Shown: positions 1-11,638, numbered from the stretch's first letter. The stretch is 39,258 nt of DNA from Chiloscyllium plagiosum (GCF_004010195.1 NC_057720.1:36515669-36554926), one strand, 5' to 3'. The notes: generated from the letters alone by a model not told the origin. Numbers and translations are program-made.

Positions 1-1747
1 ATGCAAGAGGGGACTTTAAAGTCCACATTTAAGAGCGAGATGGGCCTGTAGGAAGCACAGTCTTCTGGCTCCTTCCCTTTTTTTAAGGATAAGTGAAATA
101 TTGGACTCTGAGATGGTGGGAGACAATCATGACTGTATGAATCATTAAACATATTCAGCATCGGACCTGACAGTATACTTATAAATTCCTTATAGGATTC
201 ATTGGGAAGTCTGCCAGGACCGGGCGCCTTTCCACTCTGAAGCTGCCTCACAGCTTCCTGCACTTCTTGCTCTGATAATGGGGCATTGAGAAAGGACTGT
301 TATTCGGGAGTCACACCCGGGAGCTTCAGATCTTGTGGGCGGCACGGTGGCACAGTGGTTAGCACTGCTGCCTCACAGCGCCTGAGACCGTTGGGCCGAA
401 GGGCCTGTTTCCACACTGTAATGTAATCTAATCTAATCTAATGTAATCTAATCTAATCTCTTTAAAAAAAGGATTCCATTTTGGCCTGCCCTTCCTCACA
501 ACCCTCAGATTGGTATAACTTAGAGTAAAATCTCTGGAATGCCACATTAATCTTTTTAGAATCAGATATTAGGTTCCCAGACCCCTCCCTAATCGCCGTA
601 ATGGTTTGTGGGGCACTCCTGTTTCTGGCAAGGTATGCTAAGTATTTGCTTGGCTTGCCACCATGCTCGTATAACCTTTGCTTTGCAAAAGCCAGCTCCT
701 TCTTTGCGTCTGCGTGAGCACGGAATTTAGTGCAGACTGCAGCGCTGTAATCCTCTGTAGTTTGACCAACGAGGGACTGTCAAAGTAGGCCTTCTCAGCT
801 GCCTTCAACCGTGCTTCAAGGAGATGTTGCTGCTCACCCTCCTACTGCTTCCTACTGGTGGAATATGAAATAACTAACCCCCTAGCATAGGCTTTGGCAG
901 TTTCCCAGAGAACGGATGAGCTATCAACTGAGCCTATGTTGATGTCCAGGAACATTCCCTAGAGAAATACTCCACAAACTTACTATCCCATGAGAATAAA
1001 GGGATCCATTCGCCAGTACCTTGAACCCACTGTAACGTCCTTAATCTTAACCATAAGGTACACTGGAGCATGATCAGAGATGGTAGTGTTACCAAACGTA
1101 CAAGATGCCACCACATCCAGAGTTACCGCAGGGGTCAGAAAAAAATCAATCCTCATGTGACATCTGTGCGGATTGGAGAAAAACGTGAAATCTCTACCTG
1201 TAGGGTGGCAATGCCTCCAGACGTCCATCAACCATAATTCTCCTCACAGACCCACTAACTGTTTAGTTTGTACAGAGGGTATTGAGGGACCTTTGGGCAA
1301 CCTATCTACTGTGGGGTCCATGAGACAGTTAAAATCTCCCCCTATAATGATGTGCCGGGACTCAAGACTTATCAGTTTAGAAAAAGCATCTACCAAATAT
1401 TTAACGGGATGAGCTGGGGGTCAATAAGCATTTAAAACATCGTGTTCTTCCCCATTTATCAAGGCTTCAAGAATTACAAACTTCCCGTATGTGTCTTTAG
1501 CACATTCCAACAATTTAAATGGGAGATTTTTCCTAACCAATATAGCCACTCCCCTACTTCTGGTATTAAATGATGAAAAATAAACACGGTCAAAGTCATT
1601 CTGCTGTAATTTCAGATGCTCCTTATCATCCAAATGTAACAAAGCATTATCCACCTTTTTAAGACTCAAGAGTACCTTCTTCCTCTTAATTGGTGAGTGA
1701 CTTCCTTTGATATTCCAGGTACACCATTTAATCAAATCATTAGCCAT
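1..1747 (-). pseudogene. L1 ORF2p N-terminal part (APE endonuclease to Z domain), disrupted
   Basis: Motifs MANDLIKWCTWNIKG..KRKKV, RGVAILV, MDVWR..HPTGRDFTFFS, RIDFFL and ISDHAPV, then KAPGP and YRPISLLNVDFK. Split across frames and interrupted by a SINE at 337-459. Confidence 0.88.
337..459 (+). mobile_element. HE1-type SINE, internally deleted (tRNA head joined directly to 3' tail)
   Basis: Head GGGCGGCACGGTGGCACAGTGGTTAGCACTGCTGCCTCACAGCGCC is joined to tail GGGCCGAAGGGCCTGTTTCCACACTGTA plus (TCTAA)n, both as in the full copy at 33406-33735. Confidence 0.88.
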
Positions 1748-2341
1748 CATCTTCTGCAATTACATTTAAATTCCAGAGAGGAGGAACCCGAACCACAAAC
1801 TGCTGAGCCTTAGTGTCACATGATCCACCAAATAGAAAAACTACATAAACTAAAACCACTACATTTAACAAACCTACAAAATTATTAAAAATTAAAAACA
1901 ACAAAAACCAGAAAACAAACCAACATATAACGCGCCAACAGTGCTGAGTAGGAGAACTCAACCCCTGCCCAGAGGGGGCAACTACCCATCCCGAACTGCC
2001 CATAAGTAGGCATCTAACCATCTCAACCACCTTCACTTCTCCCAGCTAGAGCCGCACCGCAAACACAAGCTGAAAATAATAAACACCCCATAGAATATCG
2101 ATATGAATAAAAAAAATTCTTATTAAAAAAAAAGGGGGAAATAGATACCTCACCTATCCTTTAGTATATCCTAACTTAGAAGTTGAAAATGTATATCTTA
2201 ATCACTGCCAGACATAGTTTAAACCAAATTATCAATAGAGGAAAAAGAAATAAAGCTCCAACTGGACTTCCTCCATGTCTTTTACAGAATGATAAACACA
2301 CACCCAAAGAACACTATTTATACATACTACAATTGTTCAAA

Positions 2342-3155
2342 TTAGCTTAGTTTGTTCACAAAGTCTGTTGCCTTCTCCGATGTGTCAAAGAAATGCAAGG
2401 ATCCATCTAAGGTGATCCGAAGCATTGCCGCATTTCTCAGGGAGTACTGAATCCCAAGCTCCCTTGGTCTTCTCTTGACACCATTGTAAGATTTTCACTT
2501 CTGGATCACTGCCGCTGAAAAGTCCTGAAAAAACATGACCTTAGAGCCACTGTAAATTAGGGCCTTCAGATTCTTCTCCTGGAGTCTGGAAGCCTCCATG
2601 ACTCTCTCCTTATCCCGGTAATGATGGAACCACACCAGGAGAGGACGAGGATGTTCACCCAGACCCGATCTCCGCACTGCAACCCGGTGAGCCCTCTATC
2701 TTCAATGCTCTCATGCCAGCCTTGAAGTCAAGGAATTTCGGAAGCCAATCTTCAACAAATTCTGCAGGCCACTCACCTTCCTTACCCTCAGGCAGACCGA
2801 TGATCCGAATGTTTTTTCTCCTGCCCCTGTTTTCAAGATCATCCACTTGGTCACGCAAATTACGAACCTGCGTCTTCAGGGCTTTGATCTCATCCTTGAA
2901 TGAACTGGCATCAGCTTTCACCACTGTGACCCTGTGCTCCACCTCACATGTCCTCTTCTCCAGGTCTCCCAGATGCTGCTCATGCTTCTGTAGCATGAGA
3001 GAGACTGGAGCCAGCTTTACTTCAATCTGTTTCCCCAACATCTCACGAGATTTCGAGAACTGGTTAACCAGGTCCTGGAGAATAATTGGATCCGAGGCTG
3101 CTGCAGGCTGAACTGCAGACCCGGCTTCAGATGCTTCTCCTCCCTTTTTCGGCAT
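2342..3155 (-). pseudogene. L1 ORF1p (coiled coil + RRM/CTD), disrupted
   Basis: ORFs 2655-3155 and 2495-2677 contain DDLENRGRRKNIRIIGLPEG, PRPLLVWFHHYRDKE and FFQDFSAAV, typical of L1 ORF1. The frame continues past a TGA and a frameshift to PAMLRITLDG..FFD near 2342-2430. Confidence 0.88.
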
Positions 3156-3485
3156 TTCTGGACAGCTGAAAATACAGGTAATTTAATTTTTAGACATTTC
3201 TTGGGACTCCACGATCTTTCTGGAGTCCCAAGAAATCCTGATGACCTGGGTTGGGCAGGTTAAAGGACTGTCCTATTCCTGCTGCGATGTGAACCTCTGC
3301 AGTGTGATCTTCTCAGATCGCCACCATCTTCGATCCCCCGGCAGCTGCAATCTTAAAGAACAGTGAGCACTGCTCTTTTGACTACTGACTGAAAAATCCA
3401 TGCTTCTGCTATTTGAAATGTTATTACTGTTGAATATTTATAAACTGTACTGACAATTAATGTGAATACTTTTCTTTCTTTACAG

Positions 3486-3519
3486 AAAAGATTGAACACA
3501 ACAGGTTATTATGCTAAAG
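3486..3519 (+). CDS. CCDC159: CCDC159-like coiled-coil gene, internal exon A (KRLNTTGYYAK), phase 0 to 1
   Basis: Polypyrimidine tract plus tttacag acceptor; AAG|gtact donor. The 34-nt exon's end phase matches the next exon. Short, and no homology recognised in this peptide. Confidence 0.6.
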
Positions 3520-3873
3520 GTACTGCTTTAATGTAATAGCTGAATGTTTATTTGTGATTTAAATCTAAATACTCTTTACTAATCTTACTGTTTCAATTTT
3601 TTCCCATTCTAAGCTATATCATTATAAATCAAACTCTGACTTTCTCATGAGCATTTTCTGCATAGAACAAAGCATATGTGTGCTGACAAGAAGACATTTT
3701 CTTTCTTATTCTGTGGAGAAAGTTGCACAAAGTAGAATATTATGCCATCTGAGAGAAATTAGCACAGATGTGCTGAGAAATAAGTGATTCATTTGGTGTA
3801 ATCATCTTTAAAAAATGATAAACATGGCAAAATTCCTGATCTTGTTCCAGGATTTCCAGTTTTCAGATTTGCT

Positions 3874-5775
3874 GTTTAAGAGTTTCTACAAGATGGCTTT
3901 TTGGAGCAGCTTTTGGTGGAGCCCACTCGGGAACAGGCAATACTGGATTTAGTGTTGTGCAAAGAGACAGACTTGATAAGGGAGCTTCAGATAAAGAAAC
4001 CCTTAGGAGGCAGTGATCATAATATAATTGAATTTACTCTGCTATTTGAGAAGGAGAAGATAGAATCAGAGGATGCGGTATTACAGCTGAATAAAGGCAA
4101 CTACAGAGGCATGAGGGAAGAGCTGTGTAGAATTGACTGGGAGAGGAGCCTAGCAGGAAAGACAGTGGAGCTGAGTATGGTGGCCATCATCAAGGAAAAG
4201 ATGCTAGAAAAGCTGAATGGCTTGAAAGTGGATAAATCACCTGGACCAGATGGACTACACCCTAGAGTTCTAAGAGAGATAGCTCAAGAGATAGTGAAGA
4301 TATTAGTGGTGATCTTTTAGAAATTGCTAGAATCAGGAAGGGTCTCAGAAAGATTAGAAAATTGCCAATGTGACACCTCTGTTTAAGCAGGAAGTACAGC
4401 AAAAGAGGTCAAACTCTAGTCCAATTTAGCCTAACCTCGGTCGTAGGTAAGATCCTGGAATCCATTGTGAAGGATGAGATTTCTAAATACTTGAAGTATA
4501 TGGTAAAATTGGGCAAAAACAGCATGGTTTCATCAAGGGGAATTCAGGCCTGAGAAATCTTCTAGAATTCTTTGAGGAAGTAATGAGCAGGTAATACCAA
4601 GAAGAGCTGACGGATGTTACCTACCTGGACTTCGAGAAGGCCTTTGACAAGGTGCCGCACAGGAGACTGCAGAGTAAGATAATGGCCCATGATATTAGAG
4701 GCAAGGTGCTAGCATGGATAGAAGCTTGGCTGTCTAGCAGAAAGCAGAGAGTGAGAATAAAAGGGTTCTTCTCAGGATGGTAGCCAGTGGTGTTCCGCAA
4801 GGGCCAGTGTTGGGACCACAACTTTTCACTTTATACGTTATTGATCTAGATGAGGGAACTGAGGGCATTCTGGCCAAGTTTGCAGATGATGCAAAGATAG
4901 GTAGAGGGGCAGGTAACGTTGAGGAGACAGGCAGGCTGCAGAAGGATTTGGACAGTTGTGGGCAAAGAAGTGGCAGATGGAATACAACATGGGAAAATGT
5001 GAGGTCATGCACTTTTGGTACGAACAATAGGGGATGAACTATTTTCCAAATGGGGAGAAAATTCAGAAGTCTGAAGTGCAAAGAGACTGGGAGTTCTAGT
5101 CCAGGATATTCTCATTGCAGATTGAGTCAATAGTTAGGAAGGGAAATGCAATGATAGCATTTATTTTGAGAGGACTTGAATATAAAAGCAGGGATGTACT
5201 TCTGAGGCTCTATAAGGCTCTGGTCAGACACATTTGGAGTATTGTGCGCAGTTTTGGGCCCCATACCACAGGAAGGATGTACTGGTTCTGAGGCATGTTC
5301 AGAGGACGGTCACGAGAATGGTCCCAGGAATGAAAACCTTAACATATGAAGAACATTTGAGAACTCAGGGTCTATACTCGATAGAGTTTAGAAAGATGAG
5401 AGGAGATCTACTTGAAACATACAGAACATTGAATAGCCTGAACAGAGTAGATGTTAGGAAGATGTTTCCATTGGTAGGAGAGATCATAGGACATAGCCTT
5501 ATAATAAAGGGAACACCTTTTAGAACAGAGATAAGGAGAAATGTCTTCAGCCGAGACTGTTGGATCTATGGAATTCATTGCCAGAGAAGGCTGTGGAGTC
5601 CAGGTCATTGAGTATACTTAAGACTGAGATAGATAGGTTCTTGAGTGTCAAGGAGATCAAGGGTTATGGGAAGAAGGCAGGAGAATGGGGCTGAGAAACT
5701 TATCAGCCATGATTGAATGGTGGAGCAGACTCAAAGGACTGAATGGCCTAATTTCTGCTCCTGGGTCTTATGGTG
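3874..5775 (+). mobile_element. CR1-clade LINE, 5'-truncated, internally deleted
   Basis: Motifs EPTREQAILDLVL, GGSDHNIIEF, KSPGPDGLHPRVL, SGVPQGPVLGP, KFADDAK and EYCAQFWAP; CR1-type 3' end. Boundaries are supported by the empty-site paralogue at 8200-8355. Confidence 0.92.
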
Positions 5776-5928
5776 TAGGCTGGTTGAGTTCACAAACCAT
5801 GCTGTTTTCCAAACATTGCAGGGATATGCATGGCTTACTTGTCTTCAATTTTCTGTAATCACCAAAATATGCAACTCTCTCAGCCGATTAGTTTTATTAT
5901 TTTATGTCTTTTTTTTTATTTCTTGTAG

Positions 5929-6077
5929 TTGGCTCAATTGATAAAATGGAACATGTTCGGTTCAGTGATCCTATATCAGTTGCAACAGAACCCTCTTCCT
6001 ATTCAGATATGTTAAGCTATAAATTACCTAAAGAAGAATTAATGGGTATCTACAGACAGCTCCAATCCCAAGGAAAG
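5929..6077 (+). CDS. CCDC159: CCDC159-like exon B (V GSIDKMEHVRFSDPIS...EELMGIYRQLQSQGK)
   Basis: tttcttgtag acceptor, AAG|gtaagt donor; 149 nt, phase 1 to 0. Its end resembles human CCDC159 ELESLKSQLQAQTK (recalled). Confidence 0.88.
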
Positions 6078-6164
6078 GTAAGTATGAAAAAAATAAATGT
6101 AAAAACACATTTTATATTGTGCATGAATTCTATTTTCATTCTTGTCTGGAGTCGAAAAATATGG

Positions 6165-6272
6165 TCTTGTGATGTAGTAGTAGTAATGGCCCTGCCTTAG
6201 GCAAGAAGGTTCAAGTCCCACATCAAGATGGCCACAAAGGTGTCATAAAATGCCCAAACAGGTTGGTAATTT
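6165..6272 (+). mobile_element. Short tRNA-derived SINE-like copy (~110-nt family); target of the Penelope insertion
   Basis: B-box GGTTCAAGTCC at about 6208 and tail AACAGGTTGGTAA, similar to the copies at 35838-35948 (-) and 37172-37290 (+). Confidence 0.55.
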
Positions 6273-8122
6273 GCAAGTTTTGAGAAGATTTGTAGCTCAG
6301 GTTGAAGTTCTAGATGTAAGTTTGCTCGCTGAGCTGGAAGGTTCATTTTCAGATGTGTCGTCACCATACTAGGTAGCATCAGTGAGTTTTTAGCTATTTT
6401 AAACCAAAGACATTACATTGAGAAAGCTAATGCACTACTTGCAGATACTGACACTTCCCAACAAGTGGCAATAGACCCAATCCCACAATTAGAGAACCGA
6501 ATCTCAACTGAATCAAAAAACTTCAGAAATCTGGAGAACTAAATAAGACAGACTTCCAAAAAAAGGAAACCAGACAGATCCAACACACCATGCTTCTACA
6601 GATTCCCCAAAATTCACATACCAGGAGCCCCCCCCTCAGAGCCATAGTCTCGCTACTTGGAACACCAATGTACAGCTTAGCCAAGGAGATACACTAAAGA
6701 CTAAAACACTTAGTAGAAGACTCGCACCACTCCATTCATTCCATCCAAGTATTCCTGAATACCATCAAAGACCTCAAGATAGAAGACAATGAAATATGGT
6801 CTCCTTTGACGAACAGCCCTGTTCACATCCATCAATATCAACCTGGCCAAGGAAACAGTGATTACACTATTAGAAGAACCAAAGACACATACACCAAACA
6901 CCACCAACTTCTTCAGCAAGGACAACATCATCAAGCTAGTGGACCTATGCTTTACCACTCACTTCACTTTCAATAACAAAACCTACAGACAAGCCAACAG
7001 AACCCATGGGATCTCTGATATCAGAATTCTTAGCAGAGGCAGTAATGCAGAGACTCGAACAAAAAGCTCTGCCAACTGTCCAACCCAAACTGGGTCTGAT
7101 ACGTGGATGGCATGTTTGTTATCACTAAACGAAACAAATTAGAGGAAACCTTCAAGACCATCAATAATATTCCTTATTGGCATAAAATTCACTAAAGAGA
7201 TGGAAAACAACAAAAAAAACTCCATTCCTAGATGTCATAGTAGGGCGAACAGCCAATGGGGAACTTCAAACCAGTGTCTACAGGAAAACAATACATACGG
7301 ACCAAATACTGAACTACAGAAGCAATCGTCCCAACCCTCACAAACGAAGATGCATTAGAACATTTTTTCAACAAGCCAACATACATTGCGGCACAGAGGA
7401 ACAATGGAGAGCAGAGGAAAATCACCTATACAGCTTATTCAAAGAAAACGGCTATCAATGAACATAGTCCGCCGATTTCTCAGCAACAAACACAAAAAGG
7501 CAGACAAAATGCACCCAGAAACCCTAGCCACTCTTCCTTACATCAAAGACATCTCAGAAATGACTACCAGACTACTCAGACCTCTTGGCATCATGACAGC
7601 CCACAAACCCACCAACACACTAGAATAGCAGCTAGTGAACTTGAAAGACCCCATACAGACAACATGCAAAACTTATGTCATTTACAAAATACCTTGCAAG
7701 AACTGTAACAAACACTACATTGGACAAACAGGCAGAAAACTAGCCACCAGGATACATGAACATCAACTAGCCACAAAAAGACATGACCCACTCTCACTAA
7801 TATCCTTACATATGGATGGTGAATGACACCACTTCGACACATTCATCCTTGGGCAAGCAAAACAGAGACACGTACAAGATTCTTAGAAGCATGGCATTCC
7901 AACTGGTGCTGTATTAACAAATACGTTGACTTTGACCCCATTTACCATCCTCTGAGAAAAAGAACAGGAAATGACATCACCAACCTAAAGAAACCCACGC
8001 ACACAAATAGAAAGCGGGTCACTAACACCAGTGCTTCACCAGAGGCTCGTTGATGATGTTACCTAGTATGGTGAGGAAACGTCTGAAAATGGACCTTCCA
8101 GCTCAGCGAGCAAACTTGCATC
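6273..8122 (+). mobile_element. Penelope-like element (RT + GIY-YIG), 5'-truncated, with inverted pseudo-LTR
   Basis: RT-like LCFTTHFTFNNKTYRQ; GIY-YIG VIYKIPCKNCNKHYIGQTGRKLATRIHEH. 6300-6386 is an inverted copy of 8046-8125. Flanked by the 14-bp TSD CAGGTTGGTAATTT (6259-6272, 8123-8136). Confidence 0.93.
8050..8083 (+). ncRNA. Minimal hammerhead ribozyme motif in PLE pLTR (C3U and stem II mismatch)
   Basis: TTGATGA-T-GTTACC-TAGTAT-GGTGAG-GAAACGTC. Confidence 0.6.
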
Positions 8123-8918
8123 CAGGTTGGTAATTTATTTAGGAAAAACCTTCACTGACACATTCTTGGGATTTTGCCGAACTGTGGTAACTTGGGAATC
8201 CTTTAAAAATGATGGACGTGGCAAAATTCCAAAATTGCTGACCCTATTCCAGGATTTCCAATTTTCAGATTTGCAGGCTGGGTGAGTTCACAAGCCATCA
8301 GGCTGTACTTCAGACATTGCAGGGATAGGCATGTCCTACACGTCTTCAATTTTTTTGGAGTCAGGCCAGCTTTTTAAAGAATTATGATCCATGGCATCTT
8401 GGGTTTGTCGTTAACCGTGGTCTACAGAGAGAAATTGTTTGAGAGTTAGGTGCAAAAGGTCCTCCTCATGCCCCATGATACCAGGCAATGCTTCCTCACT
8501 CATAGTCCCATGGCCTTTCAATTCCCTTACCAAACTGTGGCACTTGCCCAGCTCTTTATGGCCTCTCAAGTCCCCTGTGCCAGACTATGCCCAACAAATA
8601 TAATTCATATCTCTATGACAAACTGTGGCATTAACCCCTTTCCCTATTAACTATTCATATCTCCTAGGCCAAGTTTTGGCACCAAGTCCCATAGTGTCTC
8701 ATGTCTGCCCTCATGCCAAGGAATAAGATGTCCAGGTTCATTCATTTATAATACGTTCTAAACCCATGACCACAACCGTACACAAGGACAGCAGATGCAT
8801 GGGGTGCACCACCCACAAGTTGCCCTCCAAGGTACACGCCATCCTAGCCAGTAAGTATATCACTTCCCAACAGCATTATAGCACATGGACTGAAACAATT
8901 CAAGTAGGTGATTTACCA

Positions 8919-9196
8919 GGTAAAAATGAGGTAAAAACCTCCTGCCGAGGATATGGAGGTGCTGGGCCTCCTCCACCGCCGCTCCCTCACCACCAGACGC
9001 CTGGAGGAAGAACGCCTCATCTCCCCCTTGGGAACACTTCAACCCCAGGGCACCAATGTGGATTTCAACGCTTATCTCTCCACGCTTCAGGCTCTCTGCC
9101 TTTATTCCTGATGAAGGGCTTTTGCCCGAAACGTCGATTTTGCCTATCCTCGGATGCTGCCTGAATTGCTGTGCTCTTCCAGCACCACTGATCCAG
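8919..9196 (+). mobile_element. Short PLE 3' fragment (GIY-YIG C-terminus + pLTR with hammerhead)
   Basis: Translates to EDMEVLGLLH..TTRRLEEERLI/LGTLQPQG.NVDF, a PLE endonuclease C-terminus. Flanked by the 17-bp TSD AAGTAGGTGATTTACCA (8902-8918, 9197-9213). Confidence 0.85.
9108..9135 (+). ncRNA. Minimal type-I hammerhead ribozyme motif, intact core
   Basis: CTGATGA-A-GGGC-TTTT-GCCC-GAAA-CGTC; predicted cleavage after C9135; stem I weak. Confidence 0.75.
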
Positions 9197-9329
9197 AAGT
9201 AGGTGATTTACCACCACATTCTCAAGGGAGTTGAGAAATGGGAAGTAAATTTGCCTCCTGACTTGTTCGCAACCTGTAAAAGAAATAAATTCACACCGTT
9301 CAGATGTAAAGAACCCTATAGTTATACTA

Positions 9330-10150
9330 AAATCAGAGCATGCTACTTAAATGGTGACAGATTGGAAAATGTTGATATACACAGGGACTTGGGTGTCTTT
9401 CTACACCCATCACTAAAGCAAGCATGCTGATGCTGCTGTGTAGTTAGGAAGGCATAGGGTAGATATTTTTAATCAACCTGTTCAAACATGTTAAAAACAC
9501 CTCTGGAACAGGTAGGACTTAACTCAGGCTTATGGTTCACCACTGCATCGCAAGAACCATTCATATGTTGGCATTCAATGCAGCAGAGTTTGAATACAGG
9601 GAGCAAGGACATCCTTCTGCAGCTGTATTGGACCTTAAGTCCACAACTGGAGAATTGTGTACAATTTTGGTCTGCACGTCTAAGCAAAGATAAACTTGAC
9701 ATGTTGGAATGCAGTGATGGTTCACCAGACTGATTCCTGTGATGGCAGATTTATCATATGATGAGAGATTAGGTTAATTGGGTCTGTAGTCACTGGAATT
9801 AAGAATGAGAGGATCTGATTGAAATATAAAATTCTGACAGGGTCAGACAGATTGGATGCAAGCATGATGGTTCCCTTGGTTCAGGTTACAGAATAAGGAA
9901 TCACAATCTCTGGCCAGAGCAGACTATTTCACACTGAGATGCAGAGAGGTTTCTTCACTTGAGGGTGATAAATTTGTGGAATTCTCTAAAGCAGAAGGTT
10001 GTGGAGATCAAGTCACTGAATATGTTTAAGAAATAAATAGGTATATAGATAGAGTGCAGGGGCAATGCATACAGCTGAAGAACCTGCCATGTTCATGTTG
10101 AGCGGTAGAGCAGATTTGGTGTTCTGGATGGTTATGCCTGTACCTATTTT
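9330..10150 (+). mobile_element. Old CR1 3' fragment with a nested short SINE (~9462-9555, -)
   Basis: Motifs RDLGV and LENCVQFWS; CR1-like 3' end. Confidence 0.75.
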
Positions 10151-10703
10151 CTGTTTCCTAATAAAAATAAAATTTAAAAAACATTTCTGAAGAAAAAGGA
10201 AAGGGATTGCTTTTACTTTTTACGCGTAAATAGATGTATTAAGCATTCAAATACTTTCAGAATTGAAAGTACCTGAAACCACCTTGTGTAAATAAGCATT
10301 ATACAATTATTATAGATCTGAGGTACAGGTCAGTCAATTGTTTAATGATTTCCCTGGGGTTCAGCTATTTTAATAGTTTTACTGGATTTCTGGGCTCTCA
10401 GCCAAACTTTATGTAGGGGTGAGAAGGCCTTGCAGTTTTCATTGTCACTGGATGTCATGGAAATTAAATCGACTCGACTGAAATGCTAGCAAGAGCAAAG
10501 AAAAAGTTTATTTTGAAACTGCAGGGTTGACCCATTACATTTGGCAAAACGCCTCATGTAAGGGGTGCCTAACGACTTTCACATACTCTCTTTATTCTAA
10601 ACTTGGCTTAACCTTATCACACCTCAAGGCCAAGAGCTTGGAATATTCAAGCTTCTTTCCACATATGGAGTTGTTTTTCTCATTCCTTGACTGCTGATAT
10701 GGT

Positions 10704-10816
10704 TTAGATCATATAGTTTAGATCAGAGTGTTGCCGGAAAAGCACAGCAGGTCAGGCAGCATCCGAGGAGCAGGAAAATCGACGTTTTGGGCAAAAGCCC
10801 TTCATCAGGAATGATA
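10704..10816 (-). mobile_element. Solo PLE-pLTR fragment (same family as 9100-9196) with mutated hammerhead (GAAA to AAAA)
   Basis: Minus strand reads CTGATGAAGGGCTTTTGCCCAAAACGTC. Flanked by the 12-bp TSD TGCTGATATGGT (10692-10703, 10817-10828). Confidence 0.82.
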
Positions 10817-10914
10817 TGCTGATATGGTAGCTTATTGTCCTTGTGAGACTACTGTGATTCTGGTTTAACTTTACTTTTTTTTCCTGACTTTGCTTTTTCT
10901 ATCTGCCTGCAAGA

Positions 10915-11275
10915 CTTTGAGATTCTGAGGAGGCTTGACAGAATAGATGCTGAGAGGATATTCCCTCTTGTGAGGGAAACTAGAACTAGAGGGTACAGTT
11001 TAAAAATATAAGGATTTCCTGTTTAAGGTGGAGAAGAAGAGGATTTTCTTCGCATAGAGGATTATGAGTCAGTGGAATACTCTTCCCTGGAGAATAATGC
11101 AGATTGTTTCATTGAGTAAATTACTTATGTCCGTGTTATAGATTTTTTATTTGACAAGGGTGTCAGAAGTTGTGAGGGACATTGGAGTGAAGGCCACAAT
11201 TGGATTAGCCATGATTTTGTTGAAAGGCATAAACGGTCTGTGGGTTGGGTGGTCTGTTCTTACTCCTATGTTCTT
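10915..11275 (+). mobile_element. Old CR1 3' end fragment
   Basis: KILRRLDRIDAERIFP..RTRGYSLKI-like sequence and a CR1-like terminal region. Confidence 0.65.
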
Positions 11276-11638
11276 AGGAACCCCTTTCACCATCCTCATA
11301 CTTCAATTTGTCACCTAGTTGGAATGCATGGTGGCCAGATATCACGACCGAGAACACGCTGACATTTGCTGTATCTAGTTTCTTCTGATTTTGTCAGCCC
11401 TCTGCTATATTCTGCTGCACTGTTTTGGTGATTCAGATGGATTTTACATCTGACATCTTTTAAAAAAATTATCCAGACAGGGGTAATTCATCACCCTTAA
11501 TGATAATCTGGATACTAGTCAGTATTATGTTTGGTGCAAAATAGAGAGATCAAAATAAGATATTTTTTTTTCCAAGTGGTCTCTTATACTGTATATACAT
11601 ATTTTCATTTATGGTGATCAATCTAATTCTGTCTTTAG

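Larger units (their letters stand above)
1..3339 (-). mobile_element. LINE-1-like non-LTR retrotransposon, 5' end intact, decayed; continues off the left edge
   Basis: Minus strand begins GGGGGATCGAAGATGGTGGCG. It is followed by an ORF1-like region, a long T-rich inter-ORF spacer, then ORF2 with APE endonuclease and pre-RT motifs (SGKAPGP, YRPISLLNVDFK near 10-230). Several frameshifts and stops. Confidence 0.92.
8770..9262 (+). mobile_element. Decayed L2-like LINE 3' end, interrupted by a PLE fragment (8919-9196)
   Basis: CATGGACTG..TTCAAG..CACCACATTCTCAAGGG..ATGGG..TAAAT resembles a recalled shark L2/SINE 3' tail. Confidence 0.5.

Noticed and set aside
2713..3111. 132-aa + strand ORF (possible L1 antisense ORF)
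   Set aside because: It is the antisense shadow of L1 ORF1 with no independent evidence. The same applies to the many ORFs antisense to CR1/PLE (e.g. 31761-32204, 4734-5081).
6353..6383. Hammerhead copies at about 6353-6383 (-), 16455-16490 (+), 10781-10808 (-) and 21400-21420 (-) as functional ribozymes
   Set aside because: Core lesions (deletion in CTGATGA, or GAAA changed to AAAA/GACA) should inactivate them; they are kept only as remnants.
6273..8122. DNA transposon with terminal inverted repeats
   Set aside because: The interior encodes RT and GIY-YIG remnants, so the inverted ends are PLE pseudo-LTRs.
8766..9164. 132-aa proline-rich ORF
   Set aside because: A chimeric read-through across an L2-like fragment and an out-of-frame PLE insert.
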